NCBI GenBank assembly: GCA_963840445.1
Contig: CAWIZC010000011.1
Span: 82,841 to 146,840 of the forward strand
DNA from: an uncultured Alphaproteobacteria bacterium
GTDB lineage: Bacteria; Pseudomonadota; Alphaproteobacteria; Rhizobiales; Hyphomicrobiaceae
Direction of reading: 5' to 3'
DNA length: 64,000 nt
Shown: one piece after another, positions 11,103 through 21,944 of the stretch
Position numbering within the stretch: the first letter of the stretch is position 1
Layout of the letters: each line of letters starts with the position of its first letter
Notes under the pieces: model-generated
Databases searched by the model: none
What the model was told of the DNA's origin: nothing
Seen by the model: the letters and a program-made list of their open reading frames with translations, nothing else
Translations under genes and position numbers: made by a program

Positions 11103-11597
11103 TCGACCTCGATGCGGGGAAGTGGCGAAACGTACAAGAAAGCCGGCGACAAGGCCAGCCGCGCGGCTGCAGACCTGCCATGAAGCCTAACGGCAGACAT
11201 GAAAAACGGTGGTGTTCCCAACCGGCTGGCGACCGCCGGCAGGCATCCAAAACAGGCGCACGCGGCTCCGAGACCCGCCCATCGGGGCTCAAGCAAAGGA
11301 GAGCCTCAGCCAATCTCTGGCGAGCCTCGAAGCCGCTGCGACCATGCAAGCAAGGATGGCGGAACAGGCCGACGCGTGACGGCAGAAAAGCGAAACCGGG
11401 ATCTGTCGGGGGCCGGCCGTGGCGCCGATCCTACAAGGGTGTGACGCGAGACCTGAGAGCGTCCAACCGGGACACCTACATCTTATACAGGTGTGTCCGT
11501 TAAGGCCGCGTAAAGCGATGCGACGTGGGCGTTGCGTCGCGCGCCCGCCGATCTCCAACGATATGCGCGCATCGCGGGAATGATTTACACAGACAAC

Positions 11598-11921
11598 CTA
11601 CCGGCCCTGGTAGGCGGGGGTGTGCACGACGAGGCCGTCGAGTTGCTCGGTCACCTTGATCTGGCAGGACAGGCGCGAGGTCGGCCGCACGTCGAAGGCC
11701 TGATCGAGTTGGTCCTCTTCCTCGTCGCTGCGCGCACCGACGCGGTCCTTCCACTCCTCGGCCACATACACCATGCAGGTGGCGCAGGTGCAGGAGCCGC
11801 CGCACTCGGCGACGATGCCGGGCACGCTGTGGCGCAGCGCCGTCTCCATCACGGTGGCTCCGATCTCGCCGTCGACAGTGTGCTGCGTGCCGTCGTGCTC
11901 GATGTAGGTGATCTTGGGCAT
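11598..11921 (-). CDS. 2Fe-2S ferredoxin (adrenodoxin type)
   Basis: MPKITYIEHDGTQHTV...CGGSCTCATCMVYV...LSCQIKV. Confidence 0.85.
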   Translation of the reverse strand: MPKITYIEHDGTQHTVDGEIGATVMETALRHSVPGIVAECGGSCTCATCMVYVAEEWKDRVGARSDEEEDQLDQAFDVRPTSRLSCQIKVTEQLDGLVVHTPAYQGR

Positions 11922-12055
11922 TGCTGAGATGGGCCGTGCTGGATGAGGGAGCGGATTGCGGATTTGTTTGATCGCCAAACCTTGTGCCGTCGCGGGCCGG
12001 CGGCGTCAAGATGCCTTCCCCCGAGGGGAGGTGCCTTGAGGGCGGATGAGGGCGC

Positions 12056-13999
12056 TCACTCAAGTGCGGCGACCAGCGCGCCTTGCGCGACCTGCTGGTT
12101 CTCGGCGACGGCGACCTTGGCAATCTTGCCGGCGCGGGCCGCGTGCAGCACGTGCTCCATCTTCATGGCCTCGACCACGGCGATGCGGTCGCCCTTGGCG
12201 ACGGTGTCGCCGGCCTTGACGAACACCTTGGCGACGCGGCCGATGATGGGCGCGCGCACACTCGAGCCGTCGCCGTTGTCCTCGATGGCACCGGCCTCAA
12301 AGCTCGGCCAGGCCAACGCGATCTGGTGCATGTCGTAGAGCACGTAGAGCGGGGCGCCGTCGCCCGCGACGCTGATGCGGCCGATGGCGGCAGCCGCACC
12401 CTCCCGCTCGCCTTGCAGCATGACGGCGAGACCGTCGGGCTTCCACTCCACCTCGACCGGCGTGGCGACGCCATCGGCGAGCACGGACAGCTTCTGGCGG
12501 CGCGGCGGCCCCAGCTGGAAGGCGTCCTGCACACCCCACGGCGAATAGCCGCCGCGGTGAGCCGCGCTGTCGTCGTGCGCCTGCCAGAGCAGGTGCATGA
12601 CGCCGAAGGCGATGGCGCGCGGGTTGACGGCCGCGGGCGCCAGCTTGTCGAGCTCGCGGCCGATCAGGCCGGTGTCCATCTCGGCGCGTTGGAACGCCGG
12701 GTGCGTGATGAGCGCGTGCAGGAAGGCAGCGTTGGTCTTGGGGCCGGCAACGACGGTCTCCTCCAGCGCGCGGGCGAGGCGGGCTGTGGCCTGGGCGCGG
12801 TCGGAGCCGGACGCGATCAGCTTGCCGATCATGGAGTTGTAGAAGGGCGGGATGTTCGAGCCTTTCTCGACGCCGGCATCGACGCGCAGGCCTTCGATGG
12901 TCGGCGTATCGAAGGCGGCGACCGGCCCAATCGAGGGCAGGAAGCCCCTGGCGGGATCCTCGGCGTTGAGCCGCGCCTCGATGGCGTGGCCCGACATGCG
13001 GATCTGAGCCTGAGAGAGCGGCAGCTTCTCGCCGGAGGCGACACGTAGCTGCCATTCGACGAGATCGAGACCGGTGATCGACTCGGTGACCGGATGCTCC
13101 ACCTGCAGGCGCGTATTCATCTCGATGAAGTACCAGGGCGCCGACGCCGACAGCGCGCCACCCTCGACCAGGAACTCGACGGTGCCGGCGCCCTCGTAGG
13201 CGACCGCACGCGCGCAGGCGACGGCGGCCTCGGTGATCCTGGCGCGCAGCTCTGCCGACATGCCGGGCGCGGGTGCCTCCTCGATCACCTTCTGGTTGCG
13301 CCGCTGCAGCGAGCAGTCGCGCTCGAACAGGTGCACGACGTTGCCGTGGCTGTCGCCGAACACCTGCACCTCGATGTGGCGCGGGCGGGCGATCACCTTC
13401 TCGAGCAGGATGCGCGCGTCGCCGAAGGCCGCCTGCGCCTCGCGCTGGGCGCTCTCCAAGGCGGCGGCGAAATCGGCCTCGCGCTCGACCAGGCGCATGC
13501 CGCGCCCGCCGCCGCCGGCCACCGCCTTGATCATCACCGGCCAGCCGATGCCCTTCGCCTCTTTGACGAGGGCCTTGGCGGTCTGGCTGTCGCCCTGGTA
13601 GCCCGGCACCACCGGCACGCCGGCCGCCGCGGCGATGGCCTTGGCCTCGGCCTTGCCGCCCATACGGCGCATGGCGTCGGGCGACGGGCCGATGAATTTG
13701 ATGCCGGCCTTGCCGACGGCGTCGGCGAAGTCGGCGTTCTCGGCCAGGAAGCCGTAGCCCGGATGGATGCCGTCGGCGCCGGTCGACTTGGCGGCGGTGA
13801 GGATGCGGTCGATGCGCAGGTAGCTGTCGGATGCCGGGCCGGGGCCGATCTCTATCTTTTGGTCGGCGGCGCGCGCGAAGGGCGCGGTGCGATCGGCTTC
13901 GGAGACGACGGCAACCGTCTCGACGCCGAGCCGGCGAGCGGTGCGAATGATGCGGAGGGCGATCTCGCCGCGATTGGCGATCAGGATTTTTTTGAGCAT
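12056..13999 (-). CDS. biotin-dependent acyl-CoA carboxylase alpha subunit (biotin carboxylase + C-terminal biotinyl/BCCP domain)
   Basis: MLKKILIANRGEIALRIIRTARRLG... ATP-grasp BC domain; C-terminal ...VVEAMKMEHVL biotin attachment motif; 647 aa intact. Confidence 0.9.
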   Translation of the reverse strand: MLKKILIANRGEIALRIIRTARRLGVETVAVVSEADRTAPFARAADQKIEIGPGPASDSYLRIDRILTAAKSTGADGIHPGYGFLAENADFADAVGKAGIKFIGPSPDAMRRMGGKAEAKAIAAAAGVPVVPGYQGDSQTAKALVKEAKGIGWPVMIKAVAGGGGRGMRLVEREADFAAALESAQREAQAAFGDARILLEKVIARPRHIEVQVFGDSHGNVVHLFERDCSLQRRNQKVIEEAPAPGMSAELRARITEAAVACARAVAYEGAGTVEFLVEGGALSASAPWYFIEMNTRLQVEHPVTESITGLDLVEWQLRVASGEKLPLSQAQIRMSGHAIEARLNAEDPARGFLPSIGPVAAFDTPTIEGLRVDAGVEKGSNIPPFYNSMIGKLIASGSDRAQATARLARALEETVVAGPKTNAAFLHALITHPAFQRAEMDTGLIGRELDKLAPAAVNPRAIAFGVMHLLWQAHDDSAAHRGGYSPWGVQDAFQLGPPRRQKLSVLADGVATPVEVEWKPDGLAVMLQGEREGAAAAIGRISVAGDGAPLYVLYDMHQIALAWPSFEAGAIEDNGDGSSVRAPIIGRVAKVFVKAGDTVAKGDRIAVVEAMKMEHVLHAARAGKIAKVAVAENQQVAQGALVAALE

Positions 14000-14064
14000 G
14001 GCCCAAGCTTATGGCATTGGGCCGCCGGATCGGGCAATCGCCGAGCGACTGTGCAGGTCAACGC

Positions 14065-15222
14065 CTAGGCGCGGCGCAGCCAGGCGGTCAGGCCATTCGT
14101 GCCGTGGCCGGCGACCGACATGTCGTTGCCGCGCCAGCTCAATCCGTTGCCGAGCCAGGACTGCAGCCACAGCACCGGCAGCAGCAGATCGCGCAGGAGC
14201 CAGAGAAGCGGTGAGCGCCATGACAGGGGCCAGCCGGCGGTGGCAGCGAGACCGTATTCCGAGCCGAGCCAGATGGCGATGTACAATAGGGCGGTCGGCA
14301 GCTCGGGCAGATCGAGCGCCCAGGCCGCCAATACGCCCGCCACGAGAGGAGCAAACAGGCCGGAGAAAATCTCCAGCGAATACATGACCGGGAAGGTCGC
14401 GCGCCGCAGCCGCGCCCAGCGCAGCTGGCGCGACCACACACTCGGCAGTGCACGCAAGCCGAGTGGCTGGGGGAAGGCCCCGTCGACCAGGCGCACCCTC
14501 AGACCCTGCTCGCGCACCAGCTTGGTCGAGGCAGCGTCCTCGGCGAGTTCCGCTGCCAGGGCGTGAATGCCGCCGGCGCGCTCCAGGTCGATGCGCCGCC
14601 AGAACAGGGTCTTGCCCTGCGCGAAGCCGAAGCCCAGGCTGTCGGCTGCGAACTGCCAGCGCGCCTGGTATCCGTTCAGGAAGGCGCATTCCAGCTCGGC
14701 CCAGGTGTTGGCCGGACGTGCGCCAATCGGCGGGGCCGAGACCAGCCCGGTGCCGGGCTTCCAGGCCTCGAACAGCCGATCGATGTAATCGCGCGGCAGC
14801 AGGACATTGCTGTCGGTAATGACGATCCAGCCGTGACTGGCAGCCCGCCAACCCTTGATGACGTTATTCAGCTTGGGGTTGTCGGAGACGCGGTCATCGC
14901 CGATCAGGAGGCGCGCCTGGACACTCGGATGCTCCGCAATCAGCCGCTGAGCCAGGGGCACCACGGGGTCGTTGGCCGAGGCGCAGCACAGCAGGATCTC
15001 GAGTTGCGGGTAGTCGAGTTCGAACGTGGAGCGAAGCGTCGCCTCCTCGTAGGCGTCGAGCCCACACACCGGGCGGATGATGGTGACGGCCGGCCTTTGC
15101 AGGGGCCGGGGCCGGGGTTCGGTGTGCCGACGGCAGCGCCAGGCCGCAGACAGCGAAGTGGCTACATGGACGAGCAAGGCGGCAACGGCAAAGGCTCCGG
15201 CCAGGTGCGCCAACAGCTCCAT
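14065..15222 (-). CDS. glycosyltransferase, ceramide glucosyltransferase-like (GT21/GT2 fold), membrane-anchored
   Basis: PAVTIIRPVCGLD...DPVVPL...ITDSNVLLPRDYI...QxxRW-type C-terminal region with TM helices. Confidence 0.6.
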   Translation of the reverse strand: MELLAHLAGAFAVAALLVHVATSLSAAWRCRRHTEPRPRPLQRPAVTIIRPVCGLDAYEEATLRSTFELDYPQLEILLCCASANDPVVPLAQRLIAEHPSVQARLLIGDDRVSDNPKLNNVIKGWRAASHGWIVITDSNVLLPRDYIDRLFEAWKPGTGLVSAPPIGARPANTWAELECAFLNGYQARWQFAADSLGFGFAQGKTLFWRRIDLERAGGIHALAAELAEDAASTKLVREQGLRVRLVDGAFPQPLGLRALPSVWSRQLRWARLRRATFPVMYSLEIFSGLFAPLVAGVLAAWALDLPELPTALLYIAIWLGSEYGLAATAGWPLSWRSPLLWLLRDLLLPVLWLQSWLGNGLSWRGNDMSVAGHGTNGLTAWLRRA

Positions 15223-15393
15223 GCCTCACACCCCCAAGTCTGCAAGCACGCCAGTCCGGGCTGACTGGCAGACTCGTATTTCGGCTGTGTGACAATGTGC
15301 CGACGTGGGCTGCGGGCAGCCGGCGCACAGGCCGCGACCTGGCGCCGCGTGTGCCTGGATCTTGTTTCCACCGCCATGGAATTCGCGGCAAAG

Positions 15394-15440
15394 GTCCCGG
15401 ACAGCTTCGGCTACGCCTCAGCTTCCGGGATGACGGGTGA
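15394..15440. repeat. GTCCCGGA…TCCGGGATGAC palindromic intergenic repeat, copy
   Basis: GTCCCGGACAGCTTCGGCTACGCCTCAGCTTCCGGGATGACGGGTG, near-identical to 32641-32687. Confidence 0.65.
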
Positions 15441-15457
15441 ATACGAGGGGACGCAGG

Positions 15458-16339
15458 CTAGCGGGAGCCCTGCTGCTGCTCACACTTCTTGGGCTCGAGG
15501 AAGGTGATCTCCTTGATCTCGCCCTGGATGGCGAACTCGCCATAGTCGATGAACAGCTTGCGGCTGACGCCGTTCTCGAAGAACAGGAACATCAGCTCGT
15601 AGACCGGCACCGCATCCTTCTTGTCGGAGCCCGGCTCGAAGTAGCCGATCGAGACCGGCCAGGCGGGCAGCTGGTCGAGGCGCTCGCCATCTTTTAGGCC
15701 CGGCAGCTTCCGGTTGCCACCTGCCGGCTGCACACGGCCAATAAAGGACACCGTGTCGTAGACCTTCTCGCCTTTCTCGGACCCATCGAACAGGTTGGCG
15801 CGGAATGTCGCCTTGCCGGACCGCGCCGCCTCGAGCAGGGCGATCGAGTGCTGGATGGGGAAATACACACCCATGCGCAACGACAGGTCCTTCTTGGCCG
15901 GCTTGCTCAGCTCGACTTTGACGTCGCTGCCGGTCGGCGCCCGCGTCGCGTCGCCGGCGGTTGCCTCGGTCGCCTTGTCGTCACGGAACTGGCTCGAGTT
16001 GAAGCGAAAGCGCTTGCCGCCCGCGTCCTCCCAGCTCGAAGAGCGCAGATCGGAGATGACAGCCGCCCCGTTCTGGTTCGTCATATTGGTGACGAAGCGC
16101 ATATTCTGCGTGTAGCCCTCGCAGGCCGAGCCGGTCAGCTCGTAGACCATGCGGCCGGTGACCTGGGTCACGCCGGCACCTCCGCGCGCCTCGGCCAGCG
16201 TCATGTCGTAGATGGCGCGGTGCGGGGCCAGCACGATGCCCTCGCCAGCGGCGTGCGCGGAGGGCATAGACCATAGCGCCATGAAAGCCAGGGCGACCGG
16301 GCCGCCGGCAAGCAATCGGTCGAACGAGAGGTGCTTCAT
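15458..16339 (-). CDS. DUF1849 (EipB-like) periplasmic protein with signal peptide
   Basis: MKHLSFDRLLAGGPVALAFMALWSMPSAHA signal; conserved Cys pair (…GSACEGYTQN… …KKCEQQ). Confidence 0.55.
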   Translation of the reverse strand: MKHLSFDRLLAGGPVALAFMALWSMPSAHAAGEGIVLAPHRAIYDMTLAEARGGAGVTQVTGRMVYELTGSACEGYTQNMRFVTNMTNQNGAAVISDLRSSSWEDAGGKRFRFNSSQFRDDKATEATAGDATRAPTGSDVKVELSKPAKKDLSLRMGVYFPIQHSIALLEAARSGKATFRANLFDGSEKGEKVYDTVSFIGRVQPAGGNRKLPGLKDGERLDQLPAWPVSIGYFEPGSDKKDAVPVYELMFLFFENGVSRKLFIDYGEFAIQGEIKEITFLEPKKCEQQQGSR

Positions 16340-16547
16340 GGTGCCTTATTTCTTGCAGACAAGGGCGGTTCTAAGGCCTGCCGGTTGCGCATCGGGCACG
16401 ATCGTCGCCGATCGAAGTCCTTGGCTCAGATCATGGAACGTGAATCTTGCTCTTAAGTCTATAGTTAGAGCAGGATTTGCCCGCTGGCATCGTTCGGTGC
16501 ACGACAAGTACGCAGAAAAATCGGCACGCAGTAAAGAAAGAAGCACA

Positions 16548-17333
16548 ATGACCAGCGTGGGCTCCGGGGGCGGTTTGGCGAGCCTCGACACGGCTGTCTT
16601 CCTGCGCCCCATGGCGCATCGTGGACTGCATGTCGCAGGCCAAGGCGTGATCGAGAATACGCTGCCGGCCTTCCAGGCGGCCATCGCCAAGGGCTATGGC
16701 ATCGAGTGCGACCTGCAATCGGCTGCCGACGGCACGCCGTTCGTGTTCCACGATGCAACACTGGACCGCCTGATGGATGCCACGGGGCCGCTGGCGGCGC
16801 GTTCGCCCGCCAACCTGGCCGCCTTGCACTACAAGGACCAGAAGACGCGCATCCTGAGCTTTGCCGAATTCCTCGGCCTGGTGGCCGGGCGGGTGCCGAT
16901 GCTGGTCGAAGTGAAGAGCGCGGGTGGGGCACCACATCCGGACTTTCTCGACAAGATCGCAGAGCAGGCCCGCGGCTATGCCGGCCCCATCGCCCTGATG
17001 TCGTTCAACGCAGACTTCGTGGCGGCGCTGGCCAAGCTCGCGCCCACAATTCCGCGCGGGCTCATCGTCGGCGTCGAGCAGCTTCCAGGTGGGTGGGCAG
17101 CGCTGTCTGCAGGACCTAAGAAGGAGGCGGCCGTCGACGCACTGCTCGGCGCGGCGCCAGAAGGCGTGGGCTTCTATGCGATCGACGTGAAGATGCTGCC
17201 GGAGGCCGCCGCCTGGATGGCCAAACGGCCGGCGCGGCTGCCGCTGTTCTCGTGGACCATCCGCACGCCCGAGCAGCGCGCGATGGCCGCGCGCTGGGCC
17301 GACGCGCCGATCTTCGAGGGCTATGAGCCTTAA
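16548..17333 (+). CDS. glycerophosphodiester phosphodiesterase family protein
   Basis: MAHRGLHV...ENTLPAFQAAIAKGYGIECDLQ...FVFHDATLDRL GDPD motifs; start could alternatively be Met at 16611. Confidence 0.75.
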   Translation: MTSVGSGGGLASLDTAVFLRPMAHRGLHVAGQGVIENTLPAFQAAIAKGYGIECDLQSAADGTPFVFHDATLDRLMDATGPLAARSPANLAALHYKDQKTRILSFAEFLGLVAGRVPMLVEVKSAGGAPHPDFLDKIAEQARGYAGPIALMSFNADFVAALAKLAPTIPRGLIVGVEQLPGGWAALSAGPKKEAAVDALLGAAPEGVGFYAIDVKMLPEAAAWMAKRPARLPLFSWTIRTPEQRAMAARWADAPIFEGYEP

Positions 17334-17981
17334 CCGCCTGGCCCGTGCGTTTACCTTGCGCCCGGATGTGCGCTTGCGCCAATCCCCGCACACTTCGGCC
17401 GTGCGACGATGCTCGCACCTCGGCTCAACGAGGGGCGCCATCGCGAGGCGTCTCGATGGTGCGAGCCGGGGGTCGTATCCGGGCAGCCCTGCCAAGGGTG
17501 CTCCGCTCGATGTGGCCAGTTGGGTCACTCGCTGGAGCCGCGTAGTGGAAAGCCGGATACGGCGCGGGGCGTCCGTGCCAGCATGGACTGCCCGATTACA
17601 ACAGAGCCAGGCGTCGGACGCCCCGCTCCCTCGGTTTCTCAAAGCTGACATCCGATGAAGCGGAGCGTCAGGAAGAAACGGCGCGTGTGCCAGTGGAGGG
17701 CCGGCCGGAACTGCGGCCGGGCGCGCATTTGCGCGCCGAACTCGCGCGCTCGCCAAACGACGCACGTGCCAACTGTCCTCATCTCGTCAAGGCGGGGATC
17801 CAGATCACGTCTTCACGAAAATCGGTAGGCTGCATCAAAGTGCGGAGGACGCACCTGTGCTGCGCAGTGCACCAGGTTTCCGCCTGCGCGGGGATGACGT
17901 TGCAGGACGCGGAACGCGGGCAGCCGCGGCATGAGCGATGTTGCTCGAAGGGCGCGGCTGTGATCCTCTAACGTCCGCACC

Positions 17982-19194
<1,213 letters not shown>

Positions 19195-19356
19195 AGACCG
19201 CACCTCGCGCACGACGTTAGCGGCGACATGGCGCGAGAGTCTCTCCATCTCCATCGCGCCGGCTCGTGTGATGCGTCGTCATCTGAGCGCTTGACGCGCA
19301 CTCATGCCATTGCCATGGATGAGACGAGCGACGTGTACCTCGCGCGGGAGAGTCTG

Positions 19357-19779
19357 ATGCCGGGCTACGACACCAACAACGTGTTTGCAAAAATTCTGCG
19401 CGGCGAGCTGCCGTCGCAGAAGGTGTATGAGGATGCCGATACCGTGGCGATCATGGACATCATGCCTCGCTGCCAGGGACACACGCTGGTGCTGCCCAAG
19501 ACGCCGGCGCGCAACATGCTCGACGCCAGCCCGGCCCAGCTCGCCGCCTGCATGAAGACCGCGCAGAAGGTGGCCAACGCGGTGATGAAGGCGTTCAACG
19601 CAGACGGCATCACGCTGCAGCAGTTCAACGAGCCGGCCGGCGGACAGGTGGTGTTCCACCTGCACTTCCATGTGCTGCCGCGCTGGGAGGGCATGGCGCT
19701 CGGACCCCACACCGCCAAGATGGAGAAGCCCGAGGTGCTCTCCGCCTATGCCGAGAAGATCAAGGCGGAGCTCGTGTGA
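19357..19779 (+). CDS. HIT (histidine triad) family protein
   Basis: ...FAKILRGELPSQKVYEDADTVAIMDIMP...HLHFHVLPR HxHxHxx motif. Confidence 0.85.
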   Translation: MPGYDTNNVFAKILRGELPSQKVYEDADTVAIMDIMPRCQGHTLVLPKTPARNMLDASPAQLAACMKTAQKVANAVMKAFNADGITLQQFNEPAGGQVVFHLHFHVLPRWEGMALGPHTAKMEKPEVLSAYAEKIKAELV

Positions 19780-19850
19780 GGATTGAGGTTCCCCAGCCTT
19801 TGGACGCAAGGCTCGGAGCGAATTTCGCGGCAACCGGACTAGGATAGGCG

Positions 19851-20495
19851 ATGGCCAGCCTGCTCGTGATCGGCGCCAGCCAGGGCATCGGCCTCGAGAC
19901 GGTGAAATGCGCTCTGGCCGGCGGCCACGATGTGCGCGCCTTCGCGCGCGGCGCGGCGGGCATTGCCATCGATGATGCCAAGCTTACGAAAATCACCGGC
20001 GATGCGCTCGATGCGACGGCGGTAGGCGCGGCGGTGGCCGGCGCGGACGCCGTCATCCAGGCTCTCGGTGCACCCAAGACGGCGATGGCCGTGCTGGCCG
20101 GCACGACGCTGTTCTCGAAAGCGACGCGCATTCTGATCGATGCCATGCGCGCCGCCGGCGTGCGCCGACTGGTCGCCGTGACCGGCATGGGCGCCGGCGA
20201 CAGCCGCGGGTACGGCGGCTTCCTCTACGATGCCCTGATGTTCCCTCTCGTGTTGAAACGCATCTACGACGACAAGGACGTAGAGGAGCAGATGATCCGC
20301 GCCAGTGGGCTGGAGTGGACCATCGCCCGGCCGGGCCTGCTTACCGGCGGCGCGGCGACCGGCAGGATGCGCGTGCTGGCCGACCGCAAGGACTGGCAGG
20401 CGGGCTCGGTGACGCGCGCCGACGTCGCCCAATTCCTGGTGCGCGAGGCGTTCGAGCGGCGCTACGTGAGCAAGACGCCGCTGCTGATCCAGTGA
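19851..20495 (+). CDS. NAD(P)-binding oxidoreductase (NmrA/SDR-like)
   Basis: MASLLVIGASQGIGLETVKCALAGGHDVRAF Rossmann GxxGxxG start. Confidence 0.7.
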   Translation: MASLLVIGASQGIGLETVKCALAGGHDVRAFARGAAGIAIDDAKLTKITGDALDATAVGAAVAGADAVIQALGAPKTAMAVLAGTTLFSKATRILIDAMRAAGVRRLVAVTGMGAGDSRGYGGFLYDALMFPLVLKRIYDDKDVEEQMIRASGLEWTIARPGLLTGGAATGRMRVLADRKDWQAGSVTRADVAQFLVREAFERRYVSKTPLLIQ

Positions 20496-20513
20496 TCCGA
20501 TGAGCTGACATCC

Positions 20514-21533
20514 GTGAGCAACTGGCGCAACGATCCGGAAGGTGCGGCCGATCAGCTGATCCGGCGCAGCCTCGACGACCTCGATGTGCAGGGGCGGGTG
20601 CTGCTCGCCTATCAGTCGGGCGATCTGCCGGTGCTCGTTGCGCAGCGTGGTGTCGACGTCGCGGTCTGGAACCGGCGCGTGGTCGGGAGCGCATCGGGCC
20701 TCGCCGTGGCCGTCCGCGGCGCCGTGCGCAGGTGGCCCTGCTGCGCCTGCCGAAGGCCAAGGACGAGCAGGAGATGGCGGCGCATGCCTGCCTCGGCGCG
20801 CTCGTCGACGGCGGTCGCCTGATCGTGTACGGCGGCAACGACGAAGGCATTCGCTCGGCGGCGGGCATGCTGGAGGAATTGTGCGGCAGCGTCGATACGC
20901 TGGCGACGCGTGGGCATGGACGTGTGCTGGCGGTGCGCCGGCCGAACGATGTCTCTGTACTGCGTGCACCGCTGAGCACATGGAGGCGCGTGATGGCCGT
21001 CACGATCGGCGGTGCATCACGCGAGTGGCTGAGCTATCCCGGCATCTTCGCCGACGGCCGCATCGACGAGGGAACGGCGCTGCTCATCGCCAACCTGCCG
21101 CCTCTGCCGGCGGGAGCGCGCGTGCTCGACTACGGCTGCGGCTCAGGGCTGATCGCCGCCGCGGCGCTGGTGCAGCAGCCGGACCTCGCGCTCGACCTCG
21201 ATCGACAGCGACACGGTCGCGCTCGAAGCCGCGCGTGAGAATGTGCCGGGTGCCCGCATTGTTGCCGGGACGCGCCTTGGCGACACCGGCAAGGTCATCT
21301 ATGCGGCCATACTGTCCAACCCGCCGCTGCATTCCGGATTGATCGAGGACCACGCTCATCTCGAGCAGCTGGTGGCGGATGCGCCGTCTCGTCTCGCACC
21401 GGGTGGCGTGCTGCAGATGGTGGTGCAGCGGCGCGTGCCGCTCGACCGCATGCTTGCGGATCATTTCGCGAGCGCGACCATTGTTGCCGAGACCAGCCGC
21501 TACCGCGTCTGGCGCGCGGTTGCGCGGACATAG
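20514..21533 (+). pseudogene. class I SAM-dependent methyltransferase (RsmC/MTS-type, NPPxH motif), two frameshifts (~20728 and ~21195)
   Basis: three consecutive ORFs in three frames: 20514..(N-domain), 20732..(LDYGCGSGLIAAAAL SAM motif), 21243..21533 (…ILSNPPLHSG…); each junction is a 1-nt shift. Confidence 0.7.
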
Positions 21534-21620
21534 CCCGCCTGTTTCCCGCCTGCGGCACCTCGCGTATCCTTCGATCGAGAAAACTGGCTTGGGTTTGCAC
21601 CAACGAAGGTTACGGAACGC

Positions 21621-21935
21621 ATGGATTTGGTTGAGCTCTTGACCGTCGCGGACCGCTTCCAGCTCAGCAATGGCCTCGTTGTTGTTCCCGACTTCTCGCT
21701 GCCTAGAGGGTGGAAGGCTCGTTCGGAAACCGTGGAAATTATAACGCCCGATGGTGAAAATCGGAAAACTTGCGCATGCCTGATGGCCACGCACTTCAAC
21801 ATTCCTGACCCAACGGTCCCGGCGGACAGGCGGTGGAGGCTTGTGGTGTCTTTGCCAACCATGACCAAGGAAGAGGTGCCGATCGGGACCAAGATCATGG
21901 TGGCGAAGTCATTGAAACTGGAAATGGGCGTCTAG
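21621..21935 (+). CDS. hypothetical protein, orphan, AT-richer than surroundings
   Basis: 104-aa ORF in a ~400-bp region of visibly lower GC between two convergent high-GC genes; no recognisable motifs. Confidence 0.35.
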   Translation: MDLVELLTVADRFQLSNGLVVVPDFSLPRGWKARSETVEIITPDGENRKTCACLMATHFNIPDPTVPADRRWRLVVSLPTMTKEEVPIGTKIMVAKSLKLEMGV

Positions 21936-21944
21936 AACTGAAAG

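Noticed and set aside
11103-11597. 500-bp region upstream of pdhA as a possible ncRNA or small gene
   Set aside because: Only weak imperfect hairpins and junk ORFs; probably just a promoter/leader region, not enough evidence to call.
12297-14006. 569-aa ORF overlapping the biotin carboxylase gene
   Set aside because: Wrong-frame artefact; the other frame gives a textbook ATP-grasp carboxylase.
16431-17765. 444-aa ORF antisense to the GDPD gene
   Set aside because: Arg-rich, no motifs; GDPD frame is convincing.
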